A DNA stretch of 64,000 nucleotides from Rhynchopus sp. YZ270_cl-10 (lineage: Eukaryota): positions 1,798,001 to 1,862,000 of the forward strand of contig OZ037837.1 of NCBI GenBank assembly GCA_964035575.1. The letters run 5' to 3'. Numbering within the stretch: position 1 is the first letter of the stretch; every line of letters starts with the position of its first letter. Shown in pieces: positions 49,465-59,510 of this stretch. The translations under genes and the position numbers were made by a program. A model generated the notes under the pieces. That model did not search any database and was not told where the DNA came from. It saw only the letters and a list, made by a program, of their open reading frames with translations.

Positions 49465-51384
49465 ATGGTGTCTGACACGCAGCCCACCGCACCACAGATG
49501 CCGAGCTGTGAGAACTGTGGCGTGCCTGCACAACTGCAGTGCGGGATCTGCACGGAGCTGTTCTTGTGCGACAAGCCTGCGTGCTACGAAGTGTTCCACT
49601 CATCTTTATCAAGGCCACGTGACCGTGAGACACATCGCGCTTCTGTGACTCCGTACGGGACGTCGTCGAAGTGTGCACAGCACCCAGGTCAAGAGCTGTC
49701 CCTCGTCTGTGAAGATCCTGCGTGTGGAGACGCGTTGATCTGCTTGCGTTGTGCGTACGTCGGACACACGGGACACAAGACAGTTGACATCACGGACTAC
49801 ATGAAACGCCAGCGTGACACCCTCTGCTCACACGTAGCAGACCTGACATCACAGCGGACTGCTGCAGAGGAGAAGTGCCGTGTGCTTGAGGCACTCCCAC
49901 CCACGGAGGACAGGTACAAAGACTTTCTCCTGCAGACACACGTCGGGCACCTCGTGATGCGTGAGGATGTGTCGCGCAGCGAAGTCGTGTGTGGAGGAGG
50001 TGGCACGGAGCTTCCTCACACAGGCACTCAGTCGTGAAGGGGAGGTGTGTGCGCTGAAGACGTTTGTTGCGAAGGCAGGACGCATGATTGCTGAGTGTGA
50101 GGCAGTGTGCCAGCTTGGGGACGACCAGGTGCTGCGTGCGGTCACAGAGTCGCAGGCCGTTGTGCGGAGCATCAACAGCATAGCAGCGAGTGGAGACCGC
50201 CATCGCCTTGTGGGTGCTGCAGACCCACACGCAATGTTTTCCCTGAAGCTGCCTGTTTCGAACGTGCACGACATCCTTGCCCAGCGGTCTGCCCTTGTTG
50301 TGCCTGTCCTTGTGCAAGGGTTGGATGGAGCGGAACACGAGATTGAGGTGGGTGTGGATGACACGGGCAGGGACTTGCGTCAGAAGGTGGCATCTGCAGT
50401 CGGGTTGCCTGAAGACACCTTTCACATGAGTTTCAGAGATGAAGTGATTGCAGTAGGAGAGGACGTGGTGCAGCTGAGGGGTCACAGGGTTGTTGTAACG
50501 CAGACCAAGACAGAGAGGACGAAGCAGGATGCCATTGCAGCACTTCGTGCGTTGGGTGAGACAACACTTACAGCACAACGGTTGGAGCAGGTGACTGATC
50601 CGAAGATGTTTGGCTTCAATATGGCGACTGATTATCCGAAGGTGGCTTGCTTGCTCCTGCAGGCAGGAGCTGCGACTGCGATTCCATCCAACTTCTTCTC
50701 GAGAACTACAGTGACGTGCATTGATATCAGTTACGCGTCTGCATTGGTTGTGATTGAAGGCAACTTTCTTAAGGAATGCACGGCTTTGACCACACTCGAC
50801 CTGAGTGGATTACAAGGTGTCACCAGGATTGAGCACTCGTTCCTGAGCGGGTGCACTTCATTGTCGACAGTTCGTCTGAGTGGATTGCGAGGTGTCACCT
50901 CGATTGGGGACTGGTTCCTCTCCGAGTGCACATCATTGACGACAGTTAATATGAGTGGATTACAAAGTGTCACCTCGATCGGGCACTCGTTCCTGAGCGG
51001 GTGCACTTCATTGCTGACAGTTGATCTGAGTGGATTACGAGCTGTCATCGGGATTGAGAACTGGTTCCTCTACGAGTGCACATCATTGTCGACAGTTAAT
51101 CTGAGTGGATACAAAGTGTCACCAGGATTGAGGACTCGTTCCTCTGCGGGTGCACTTCATTGTCGACAGTTGATCTGAGAGGATTACAACTTGTCACCAC
51201 GGTTGGGAACTCGTTCCTCCGTGGGTGCACTTCTTTGTCCACAGTTGATGTGAGTGGATTTCAGGGGGCGATCTTCATCGGAACCTTCTTCTTTGCTGAG
51301 TGCCCAGCGTTGAAGACCTTTCATGGAAAGGGCAAGTGTAACCGTGCTGTCCTCAGGATGCTGCCTAAACACCTACACAATTGA
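49465..51384 (+). pseudogene. B-box zinc fingers + coiled coil + ubiquitin-like segment + BspA-like LRRs; two frameshifts (about 49990 and 51110), so pseudogene or assembly error
   Basis: CENC..CGIC..LC..C..H..H and CAQH..C..C..ICLRC..H..H B-boxes; 24-aa LRRs (LSGLQGVTRIEHSFLSGCTSLSTV); reading passes through ORFs 49369, 49961 and 51160. The second shift is GGAT-ACAA where other repeats read GGATTACAA. Confidence 0.8.
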
Positions 51385-51898
51385 GAAGCCAGAAAGCGTC
51401 CACTTTGCGACTTATGTCCACCGCCAACTGACAACACCATTGCTGTTGCTGGAGAGAACGACGACACTAGCAAAAAGAGTGGGGAAGAAAAGAAGGAGTG
51501 ACGCACACAAGGGGGTTTTGTCTTTTTGGGAGGGAGTGACAGAGTGAGGTGGTGGGGTTTGTTGGGATGAGTTGGATCAAATACAATTGGGAGGATTTGA
51601 GAGGGTTGGCTGGGTGTGTGTATATTTTTTTGCGGTGCAGCAGCAGGGTTTTTAGTCCCTTGTTCGACGCGAATTTTCCTGCAGTCAACGCAGGGAAAGT
51701 CTTTTCAAAGAATAATCGACGATGTTTCAGTTATTCCACAGAACACACAGAGTTTTATTTTTTTGGGCTATCATGGTACACTGCTGCCTGTCCTCCTCCT
51801 TCTCCCCTCCTCCGCACCCCCAGAACCAACTCTTCAAAACCCCTAATCAGTCTACACACATTTCAAGACCAGAAAAAGGTATTTTAAACTAAAATAAA

Positions 51899-54384
51899 AT
51901 GTTCGCCATCAAGGCCATGCTCCTGCTTCCGATGTTAGGATCTGCGTTTGGTTCTTCTCCTTCTTCTTCCTCCCAAGACCAGACGGATCCTGCATCTGCC
52001 GCTAGAGAACTGCTTCGCAGAGTGCTTCCTTCTGGGCGTGATGCGGAGTTTGATGTTGTGATTCTTCCGATGTCTTCGTCGTCTTCTTCTTCTCCCTCCC
52101 CCGACCACTTCCGCATCAGCAACGGAGACGGGGCGCGCATCACCCTGACAGGGCACAACGCCGTCGGTGTTGCCTCGGCACTGAATTGGTATCTCAAATA
52201 CGTGAGCCACAACCAGGTCTCCTGGAACGGAGACCAGCTGCACCTTGCCCAACCCCTCCCCCGCCTCGAGTCTGACATCGTACGCAACCGTAGTACCACA
52301 TTTTCATATTATTTGAATGTTTGTACCCTAGGTTATTCCGCACCCTGGTGGGATTGGGCACGGTGGGAAAGGGAACTCGATTGGATGGCGCTGAATGGGG
52401 TGAACCTGCCCCTCGCCTTCACCGGGCAGGAGCTGGTCTGGCAACGTACCTTTCGTGCATTCAATTTAACTGATTCAGATTTGAACGCCTTTTTCTCGGG
52501 CGCAGCCTTCCTACCTTGGCAACGTATGGGGAATATTCGAGGCTGGGGCGGGCCGCTTCCACAATATTACATCGAAACCCAATCCGCATTACAAACCAAA
52601 ATCCTCTCCCGGCTTCGATCTCTTGGAATGACCGCAGTACTACCTGCGTTTGGGGGCCACATTCCGGAGGCATTAATACAGAAATACCCGAGCATGAAAT
52701 ACACCAGATCCAAAGCCTGGAGCCGCTTCGATGAGCAATACACACAAGATTATTATGTGGCAAATGAGGACCCGATGTTTGCGAAGGTAGGCGAGGAGTT
52801 CCTCCACCAGCAGACCCTGCTCTATGGTACCGACCACTTCTATTGCGCAGATCAATACAACGAAATGCAGCCCGCCTCTGCAGACCCGACACTCATCACC
52901 GCGGCGTCCGCCGCGATGATTGGGTACATGGTGGCAGCCGATCCCAAGGCAACCTGGGTAATGCAATCCTGGATGTGGAATGGCCAAGAACCCTTTTGGA
53001 CACCAGAGCTGATCCAAGCCTACCTCTCAGGGGTACCTAAAGAGAGGCACATAGTGCTAGACCTAGGGTGCGATCAATGCCCGGTGTACTCACGGACAGA
53101 GTCATTTTACGGCCATTCGTACGTCTGGAATATGATTCAAAACTATGGCGGCAACCCTGCACTGTACGGCAAGCTGCAGAGTATCAACACTATACCATAT
53201 GAAGCTATGGTGAACACAACCATTGTAGGTATGCAATAAACAACGTTGTCTGTTTTTATTCTGTTTTTTGAGATCATTCTAATAAACGCTTTGTTTATCT
53301 TGTTGAGGGGTTTTTTTTCGGTGTCTTTTGTTTCAAAAAAAGCTTTGATTTGCGGTGATACAAGAACCCTACCACATGGTGGAAGCGTACAACTAAACTC
53401 TCCCTGTTTCGTTTCCCGTTTTTCCTGTGGTGAAGATATCTATTGACACCGTAATATTTCAGTGATCCAAAAAACCTTACATCAATTCTCAAAGGTATCG
53501 GAGCTGCCCCTGAAGGGGTTGGTGCGAATTACATTATGTTCGACTTGATGCTCGAGACTGCCTGGCGTGACGCACCTGCAGACCTCGATGTGTGGCTTGC
53601 GTCGTACGTCCACCGGCGGTACGGCAGCTCCGATGCTTCACTTCTCTCTGCTTGGACCACCTTTGCTAATACCTTCTACACGGGCGAGAAGTCTTCCACC
53701 TTTGGACCGTGGGGTGGAGTCCTTGAGAAGCGTCCCAACATGGAGATGAGTGATGGCATATTCTATTCGCAGGACGATGCTGTGGATGGTCTCAAAACTC
53801 TACTCTCCGCTTCACACCTGGTAGGGGATACCGACACTTACCAGTACGACGTTGTGGACGTGACGCGACAGCTCCTCGTCAATTTGATGTGCACATTCAA
53901 TACCAACCACACCACAGCCTTCAACACAATGAACAGCACCGCCATGAACCTCGCGGCACAACAAATTCGTGAAATTCTAGCAGACCTGCAAACTCTGTTG
54001 CAGACCAACGCATACTTCATGTTAGGTCCTTGGGTTGAGGATGCCTCGAAGTGGGGTGAATCCGACGAAGAAAAAGAAGTAATGATCTTCAACGGAAAAA
54101 ACATTCTTACTCTGTGGGGTCCTAAAGCGGAGAATGGAGACTACGCGGCAAAGCATTGGGCAGGGCTTGTGGACACGTATTATGCGCATAGATGGGAGTT
54201 GTTCTTGGAAGCAGCGGCAGCGGACCTTGCAAAGGGTGTTCCCTTCAATGCAACGGCGTTTGACCAAGAGGCGCTTGTGTTTGAGCAGTCGTGGCAGACA
54301 GCGCATCACGAATACACAACCGTGCCGATTGGGGACAGTATCGCAGTGGCAAAAGAGATGGTGCAGAAGTATTTTTCGGGGTAA
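51899..54384 (+). CDS. NAGLU: Alpha-N-acetylglucosaminidase (GH89), exons 51899-53228 and 53495-54384, 739 aa, signal peptide
   Basis: Motifs YYLNVCTLGYS..WWDW.RWERELDWMALNGVN, FLPWQRMGN..GWGGPLP, DQYNEMQP, YQYDVVDVTRQ, TLWGP and DYAAKHWAGLV. Splicing GT(53229)..AG(53494) restores TIVGIGAAPEGV in frame. Confidence 0.95.
53229..53494 (+). other. Canonical GT-AG intron, 266 nt, phase 1
   Basis: GTATGC donor and CAAAG acceptor; removal joins the two GH89 ORFs without a gap. Confidence 0.9.
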
Positions 54385-55440
54385 GAAAGGCTGAGAGGCG
54401 CTTTGGCGAAGAATAATATTATAAAAGCAAAAAGTGTAGGGGAGAGATAGGGAGAGAGAGAGAAGGAGGGTGTGCTGCAAGTGGAGTCTCAGTTCTCGAT
54501 GTGTGGTTCGCGAAAAAGGGTTGTTTTTTTTGTACACAACACACGTAGCGGTACGCGCACGGTTGTTAGGAAATAATACAGACCGAAATGTTTGGGCGTC
54601 TTCGGTTCGAATGATTGGAATGGGGATGCGTCCAATGAAAATCACTTAGTATAGAAGAGCTCAAGAATGTAGGTTTTATTATTTTTGTATTTTTTTTGAG
54701 CAGAAAAAAGAATGAACAAAAAGGTGTTATTTGTCCCGTTCAGCCAAACACCCCCCCTTTTGGATTCCTGCACCTTCTCTCCACCGTTTACACGTGTGGG
54801 TGTGTGGGTGTCATTGGAATTCCACACCACAACCATTTTAATACGATTGTGCAGGTCCTTCTGTTATGCGAGCTTTACCTTTTGGGTAAGGGAATCTTCT
54901 ACAGGGGAAGACACCAAAAAGGTAGCTTCGCAAAGCAACGGTCTCATATTGCTTTTGTTTTTTTTATCCCTCATGTGTTCCCTTCCCCTGCTGGGAAGGG
55001 TGCGATCGTTTGTATATTATATTGACTCCTTTGTCTACACAGTGTGCTGGAGGTGACAACCGTTCAACGTCTTCCCAATTTACCATTCGCCCCCCGTTTT
55101 TAGAAATCAACAGAGTGTGTACGTCAAGTTTTCTTTGCATGAGCTTGACCGAGCACTTGATTGAGATGCGTTTTCGAACTTTTCAATTTCTCCCACCTTT
55201 TACCGTGCGATTTTACCTCCCTTCCCCCCGTTTTGTAGAATCAACTGTCCCAAGGACGAGGTGTCCCCGCCAAGCAGATACGCAGGCAGTTGTTCTGGCC
55301 ACCAAGTTTCACCGTTCCGTCTTCTTGTCTACTTCCGCCCATGTGTTCTTCATGTATTCTCGATCAGCAGATCTGTGCAGATCTCCTCCACAATGCGTAC
55401 CTCCCACAACCATCCCAGGACTTTCCCCCTAAACCTAACA

Positions 55441-57714
55441 ATGGACACAACAGAGCAAAGTGCAAGTGTGTTGGGACGTGCCTCTGTGTGGGCAAGACGC
55501 CACCTCGTCGCACGCAAGGCGGCGCACTGTGCGCACTGCAGCACGACGTTCGCGACGCTGTACACACCCCTGCAGCCGTGGCGGCAGCACTGCGCAACGT
55601 GCAAGCACACCTTCTGTGCGGTGTGCTGCCGACGTGCGTCCGAGACGCTTGTGTGCTGCGAATGCTGCACGGACACAGACCCGCTCCGCCTTCTGCCCAC
55701 AGACGTCGCACTGCTGATGTTCAGCTACCTCCCTGCAGACGATGTCGTGCGCATGCAGCTTGTGTGTCGTTCCTGGACGCACGGCCTCCTCGCACCCTCG
55801 CACATAGCCCTGTGGACACTGCTGCTGCAACGTGACGTGCACGACGAGGTGATGGTCCTGCACGACGCGCTGCTCGGCACGCACACACACACTGCAGCAA
55901 AGCTGCTTGCGACGCGCACGCCATACGACGTCTACATGATGGCCGCCACAGGCTGCTGGCGGCGGGAGGTGCGCCTCACCCTCCGCACGGCGGTGCTGGG
56001 CGCCTTGTGTGCACCGTTCGTGTTTGCATACTACGCACCGTCGCTTCTGGTGCGGGGCAGCAAGGGCCTGCTTGAGGACGTGTTGCTCCCTGCGTTTGGG
56101 GCTGCTGTAGACGATGTTCTCGCACCGCTGCTGGTCTTCGCCTTTGAGACACTGCCGCACTGTGTGCAGGCGCATGTGCTCGTGCCCCTGTACACAAACC
56201 TCGTTGCGTTGTGCCGCACCCTCTACCCCGTTGCTGAGGCAGCATGGCGCACGGCAGTGCGAGTCTTCATCACGATCCCGCAGCACGTCGTGCGCACCTA
56301 CGTGCTGCCGGCGTGCCGCCTCATATGCAATACGGTGTGCGACGTGTTCGATAATGTGTGCGTGCGTCTGCCGTCGTATATCTACCGCAGGGCTGTGGTG
56401 CCTGCAGCAGAGTGGCTTGCAGATGTGCTTACGCGCTGCGTGGTGGCAGTGTGTGTCACATATCCGAAGAACGTCTTCCACCACGTGCTCCTGCCGCTGT
56501 GGGGTGTCGTCCAGCGCTGTGCCTCAGCCCTGCATACAGCCGTGCTCACCCCTATGTGGCGCGCGTGCCTGCACGTACGTGACGTGCTGTGCCGTGCAGC
56601 GTCTGCAGTGTGCACGACGTTCCTCAACCCCGCACTGCACTTCTGTGTGCGCTGTGTGCGCAGAGCGGCAGCACTGCTCGCAACCATTCCGGCCCACGTG
56701 CGGCACGCCTGTCAAGCCTGTGTGAATGCAGTGGCCGAGTACATTGTGCATCCCGTCCACGTGTGGGTGGTGCTGCCTGCCTTGGAGGCGCTGGTCAGGG
56801 GTGCGTACGCTGCGGCAGACGTTGCGCTCTGGGGCTTCGATCACGTGCTCCTGCCTCTGGTAGAGCTTTTGGGGCGTGTGTCGCGTGGTGCCGTCAGGTG
56901 TGTTGTTGAGGTGCTGCGCTTCTGCTTTGTGACCGCACCTTGCACAGCGGCGGATGCCTTCGTGATGGGTGTGCTGACGGCGAAGCGCTACCTCTACGAC
57001 CCTGCAGCATGGGCACTGTGCTCTGTGGCCCGTGGAGTCCTCTTCTGCATTGTCGCTTCTGGGCGGGCAGCCAGGAGGTACGTGTGCGCACCTGCTGCTG
57101 CAGTCGCGCGCGTCATGTGGGCAGGCGTCGTCGTGGGAGCAGGTGTCGCGAAGAAGTACCTCTACGACCCCTTCAAGGCAGCTGTGCTGTGTGTCGGGCG
57201 GTGCGTGTTTGTGTCTGTCCCGCGCGCTGTGTACGTGCACGCACTGCGCCCTGCTGCGTGTGGTGCGTTGTGGTGCACGGTCACCCTCGCGCGTTCAGGG
57301 GCTGCTGCAGTGGGGTGTGCTGCAACACTTGCACGCGACTGTGTCGTGTCCCCAATGCACGCTGCACTGATGAGCTCATGGCACTGCTCCGTTGCTGGCG
57401 CGAGCTGGTGTGCGGCAGCAGGCACGTCTGCTGTGCACACGCTGTGTGCGGTGTGCCGTGCCGCTCTCGTGCCGTGCTGCTGTGCTGCACAGGACTACGT
57501 CATTCGCCCTGTGCAGACGCTCGCTCACGACGTATCTGCTTCTGTGCGGCGTGCAGGGGTCTTACTGCGCGACGACGTTGTGCGTCCCTTGCACAGCGAG
57601 GCACAGCTCTGTGCAGCAGCGTCGTCACAGCATGTCGCACGCACGTTCCGCGAGGCACGTGACGCATGCACCACAGGGTGGCAGGCAGCTACCCGCATGT
57701 TCACTGGTGTTTGA
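55441..57714 (+). CDS. FYVE-like zinc finger + F-box protein with a long hydrophobic/amphipathic Pro-punctuated repeat region, 757 aa
   Basis: CAHC..F..WRQHCATCKHTFCAVCC..VCCECC; F-box LLPTDVALLMFSYLPADDVVRMQLVCRSW; recurring (Y/H)V(L/V)xP helices. The ATG at 55441 coincides with the compositional shift. Confidence 0.85.
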   Translation: MDTTEQSASVLGRASVWARRHLVARKAAHCAHCSTTFATLYTPLQPWRQHCATCKHTFCAVCCRRASETLVCCECCTDTDPLRLLPTDVALLMFSYLPADDVVRMQLVCRSWTHGLLAPSHIALWTLLLQRDVHDEVMVLHDALLGTHTHTAAKLLATRTPYDVYMMAATGCWRREVRLTLRTAVLGALCAPFVFAYYAPSLLVRGSKGLLEDVLLPAFGAAVDDVLAPLLVFAFETLPHCVQAHVLVPLYTNLVALCRTLYPVAEAAWRTAVRVFITIPQHVVRTYVLPACRLICNTVCDVFDNVCVRLPSYIYRRAVVPAAEWLADVLTRCVVAVCVTYPKNVFHHVLLPLWGVVQRCASALHTAVLTPMWRACLHVRDVLCRAASAVCTTFLNPALHFCVRCVRRAAALLATIPAHVRHACQACVNAVAEYIVHPVHVWVVLPALEALVRGAYAAADVALWGFDHVLLPLVELLGRVSRGAVRCVVEVLRFCFVTAPCTAADAFVMGVLTAKRYLYDPAAWALCSVARGVLFCIVASGRAARRYVCAPAAAVARVMWAGVVVGAGVAKKYLYDPFKAAVLCVGRCVFVSVPRAVYVHALRPAACGALWCTVTLARSGAAAVGCAATLARDCVVSPMHAALMSSWHCSVAGASWCAAAGTSAVHTLCAVCRAALVPCCCAAQDYVIRPVQTLAHDVSASVRRAGVLLRDDVVRPLHSEAQLCAAASSQHVARTFREARDACTTGWQAATRMFTGV

Positions 57715-58106
57715 CGCGAGACGACAACACTGTCGCCATCGAGCATCTTCAGGACGGGTGAGGATGTGCACTGAAGCAGCAAATGGCCGACATACGCTCT
57801 ATGGTGTTGTTATTTCTTAAATCAAACGGCGTGCACAGAGATCTGTTTCGTTGTGTCTTTTTCTATGACTGTCCTCCACACATATGACACCGCCTTTGCC
57901 GGAACCACGCTAGCCGTTCTGGTAAAGCCGCTTCTGAGATATTAATTGGAAATGTTTTTTTATGTTTAGTTTTCTTGGGCAAACCCTGGGACAGAGACTT
58001 TCTTGTTATCTACGTGCCCCATCCGTATTCTGGTGCAGTGAGAGGATAGTGGTGGATGTATTGCGATACTTGCCTATCACAATACACAATACAGCTGTAT
58101 TGTGAT

Positions 58107-58753
58107 CAGGCCCTTAGGGTGGTACTTTTTGCTGGTCAGCGGACCAGCAACCCTAGGTATTGCTGGTCCGGGTCTAAAAAAAAAAAATAACAATAGATTT
58201 TTTTTGAGATTTTTTTTTGAGAATCCCACCAGAACAGTCGGGTGTGTCACAGATGCAGAGACCCTGGGGGCTCAAGGGCCCACCGTGGGAGACCAGAACG
58301 CGACTCAATTGGTCAAACGCCGAAGGAAAAGGAAGCATGCAGCATGGCGAAATAAAAAAAGTAGCGTACCGTGCGCCTGCGGCGCAATCTTGCCAACCCA
58401 CCTTCCTATGACATAGTTTGGCAGTTAAAATGTGCCATTTTAAGGGAATTTTTTTGAAATGTTGCGTACCGTGGCTTCGCCTGGAACCTTTGGGTGCCAT
58501 GACCGCCGCTTCTTTTATAGATGTACTGAGGTTACTGATACGAAGGCTGACACCCACTACGGCTTGTGGTTCACCCTCCCCACCCGCCTTTCACGATTTT
58601 GTGCATCAGAGGGGAGAAAGCGCGTCACCTCCCTGCAGTGGCAGGGAGTCTTTTTTTACCACTGTGTGCTTTTCACCTGTTTTTTGCATTGACCAGCAAA
58701 CCGGGTTTGGACCAGCAGTTGGCGGCTACCCCCCCGACCACCCTAAGGCCCTG
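58107..58753. mobile_element. Non-autonomous hAT-like element, 647 bp
   Basis: TIR CAGG(C/G)CCTTAGGGTGGT; 8-bp TSD ATTGTGAT (58099-106, 58754-61); GACCAGCA subterminal repeats. Confidence 0.9.
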
Positions 58754-59510
58754 ATTGTGATGCATTATAACATAATAATATGATGAGCAATTATCACAAT
58801 ACAGCTCCCATATGGATGGGTCTTGTAGATAAGTTAGTTGTCCGTGTGCATACCACAGTGACCACCTGCCCCTCCTCAGTAGGTATGACGTTATTAAACG
58901 TGCTGATGTGGTTCACGGCGTCTGTGATGTCTTTTGTCGTCAAAGTGAAGAGAGGTGCTGCTTTGATATTTCTGTTTCCTTTGCACTTCAGCTACCATTT
59001 TTATTGCGTTTTTATTGTGTTTTTTTTGTGTTTTTTAGTGGTATTGTTTGCCACATCCTTCACCTCTAACCCTTTACAATCGCGCTAAGCGTTTGCCACC
59101 GTTCCTTTTTTTGTGACTGAGCATGATATGCTTACTAGTAAGTTCAACAAAAACATTTCTTTTTTTGCTCTTTTCTCCCTAACTTTCTTTTTTCTCGGAA
59201 GCATCCCCATCGGAAAGCAACCTTGCACCTGAGGCAGCAAGACTGACTCACGGCTGTTGTACGGTAGTGCATCATGATCGGTTCACTCTCACAACAGCTT
59301 TCTTTTCTTCTATTCCATTTGCTTTCCTGTTTGCCATATTCGGAGGCAGCGTCAGCAAATCTTTTTCTCCTCTCGAAAAACACGACCTCTTTTGATGGAA
59401 TCATATTTTACAATAATAAATTCCCAAACCCAGAACCCCACCTTCCTCAAAACAAGAACACCACACCACAACAGGAACCCTACACGTGACGGGAGCGGCT
59501 GTGTGGTGGG

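Noticed and set aside
53536..54384. Separate 282-aa gene
   Set aside because: It is exon 2 of the GH89 gene.
55290..57820. Overlapping alternative-frame and antisense ORFs over the F-box gene
   Set aside because: Shadows of a GC-rich CDS; only the 55441 frame has domains.
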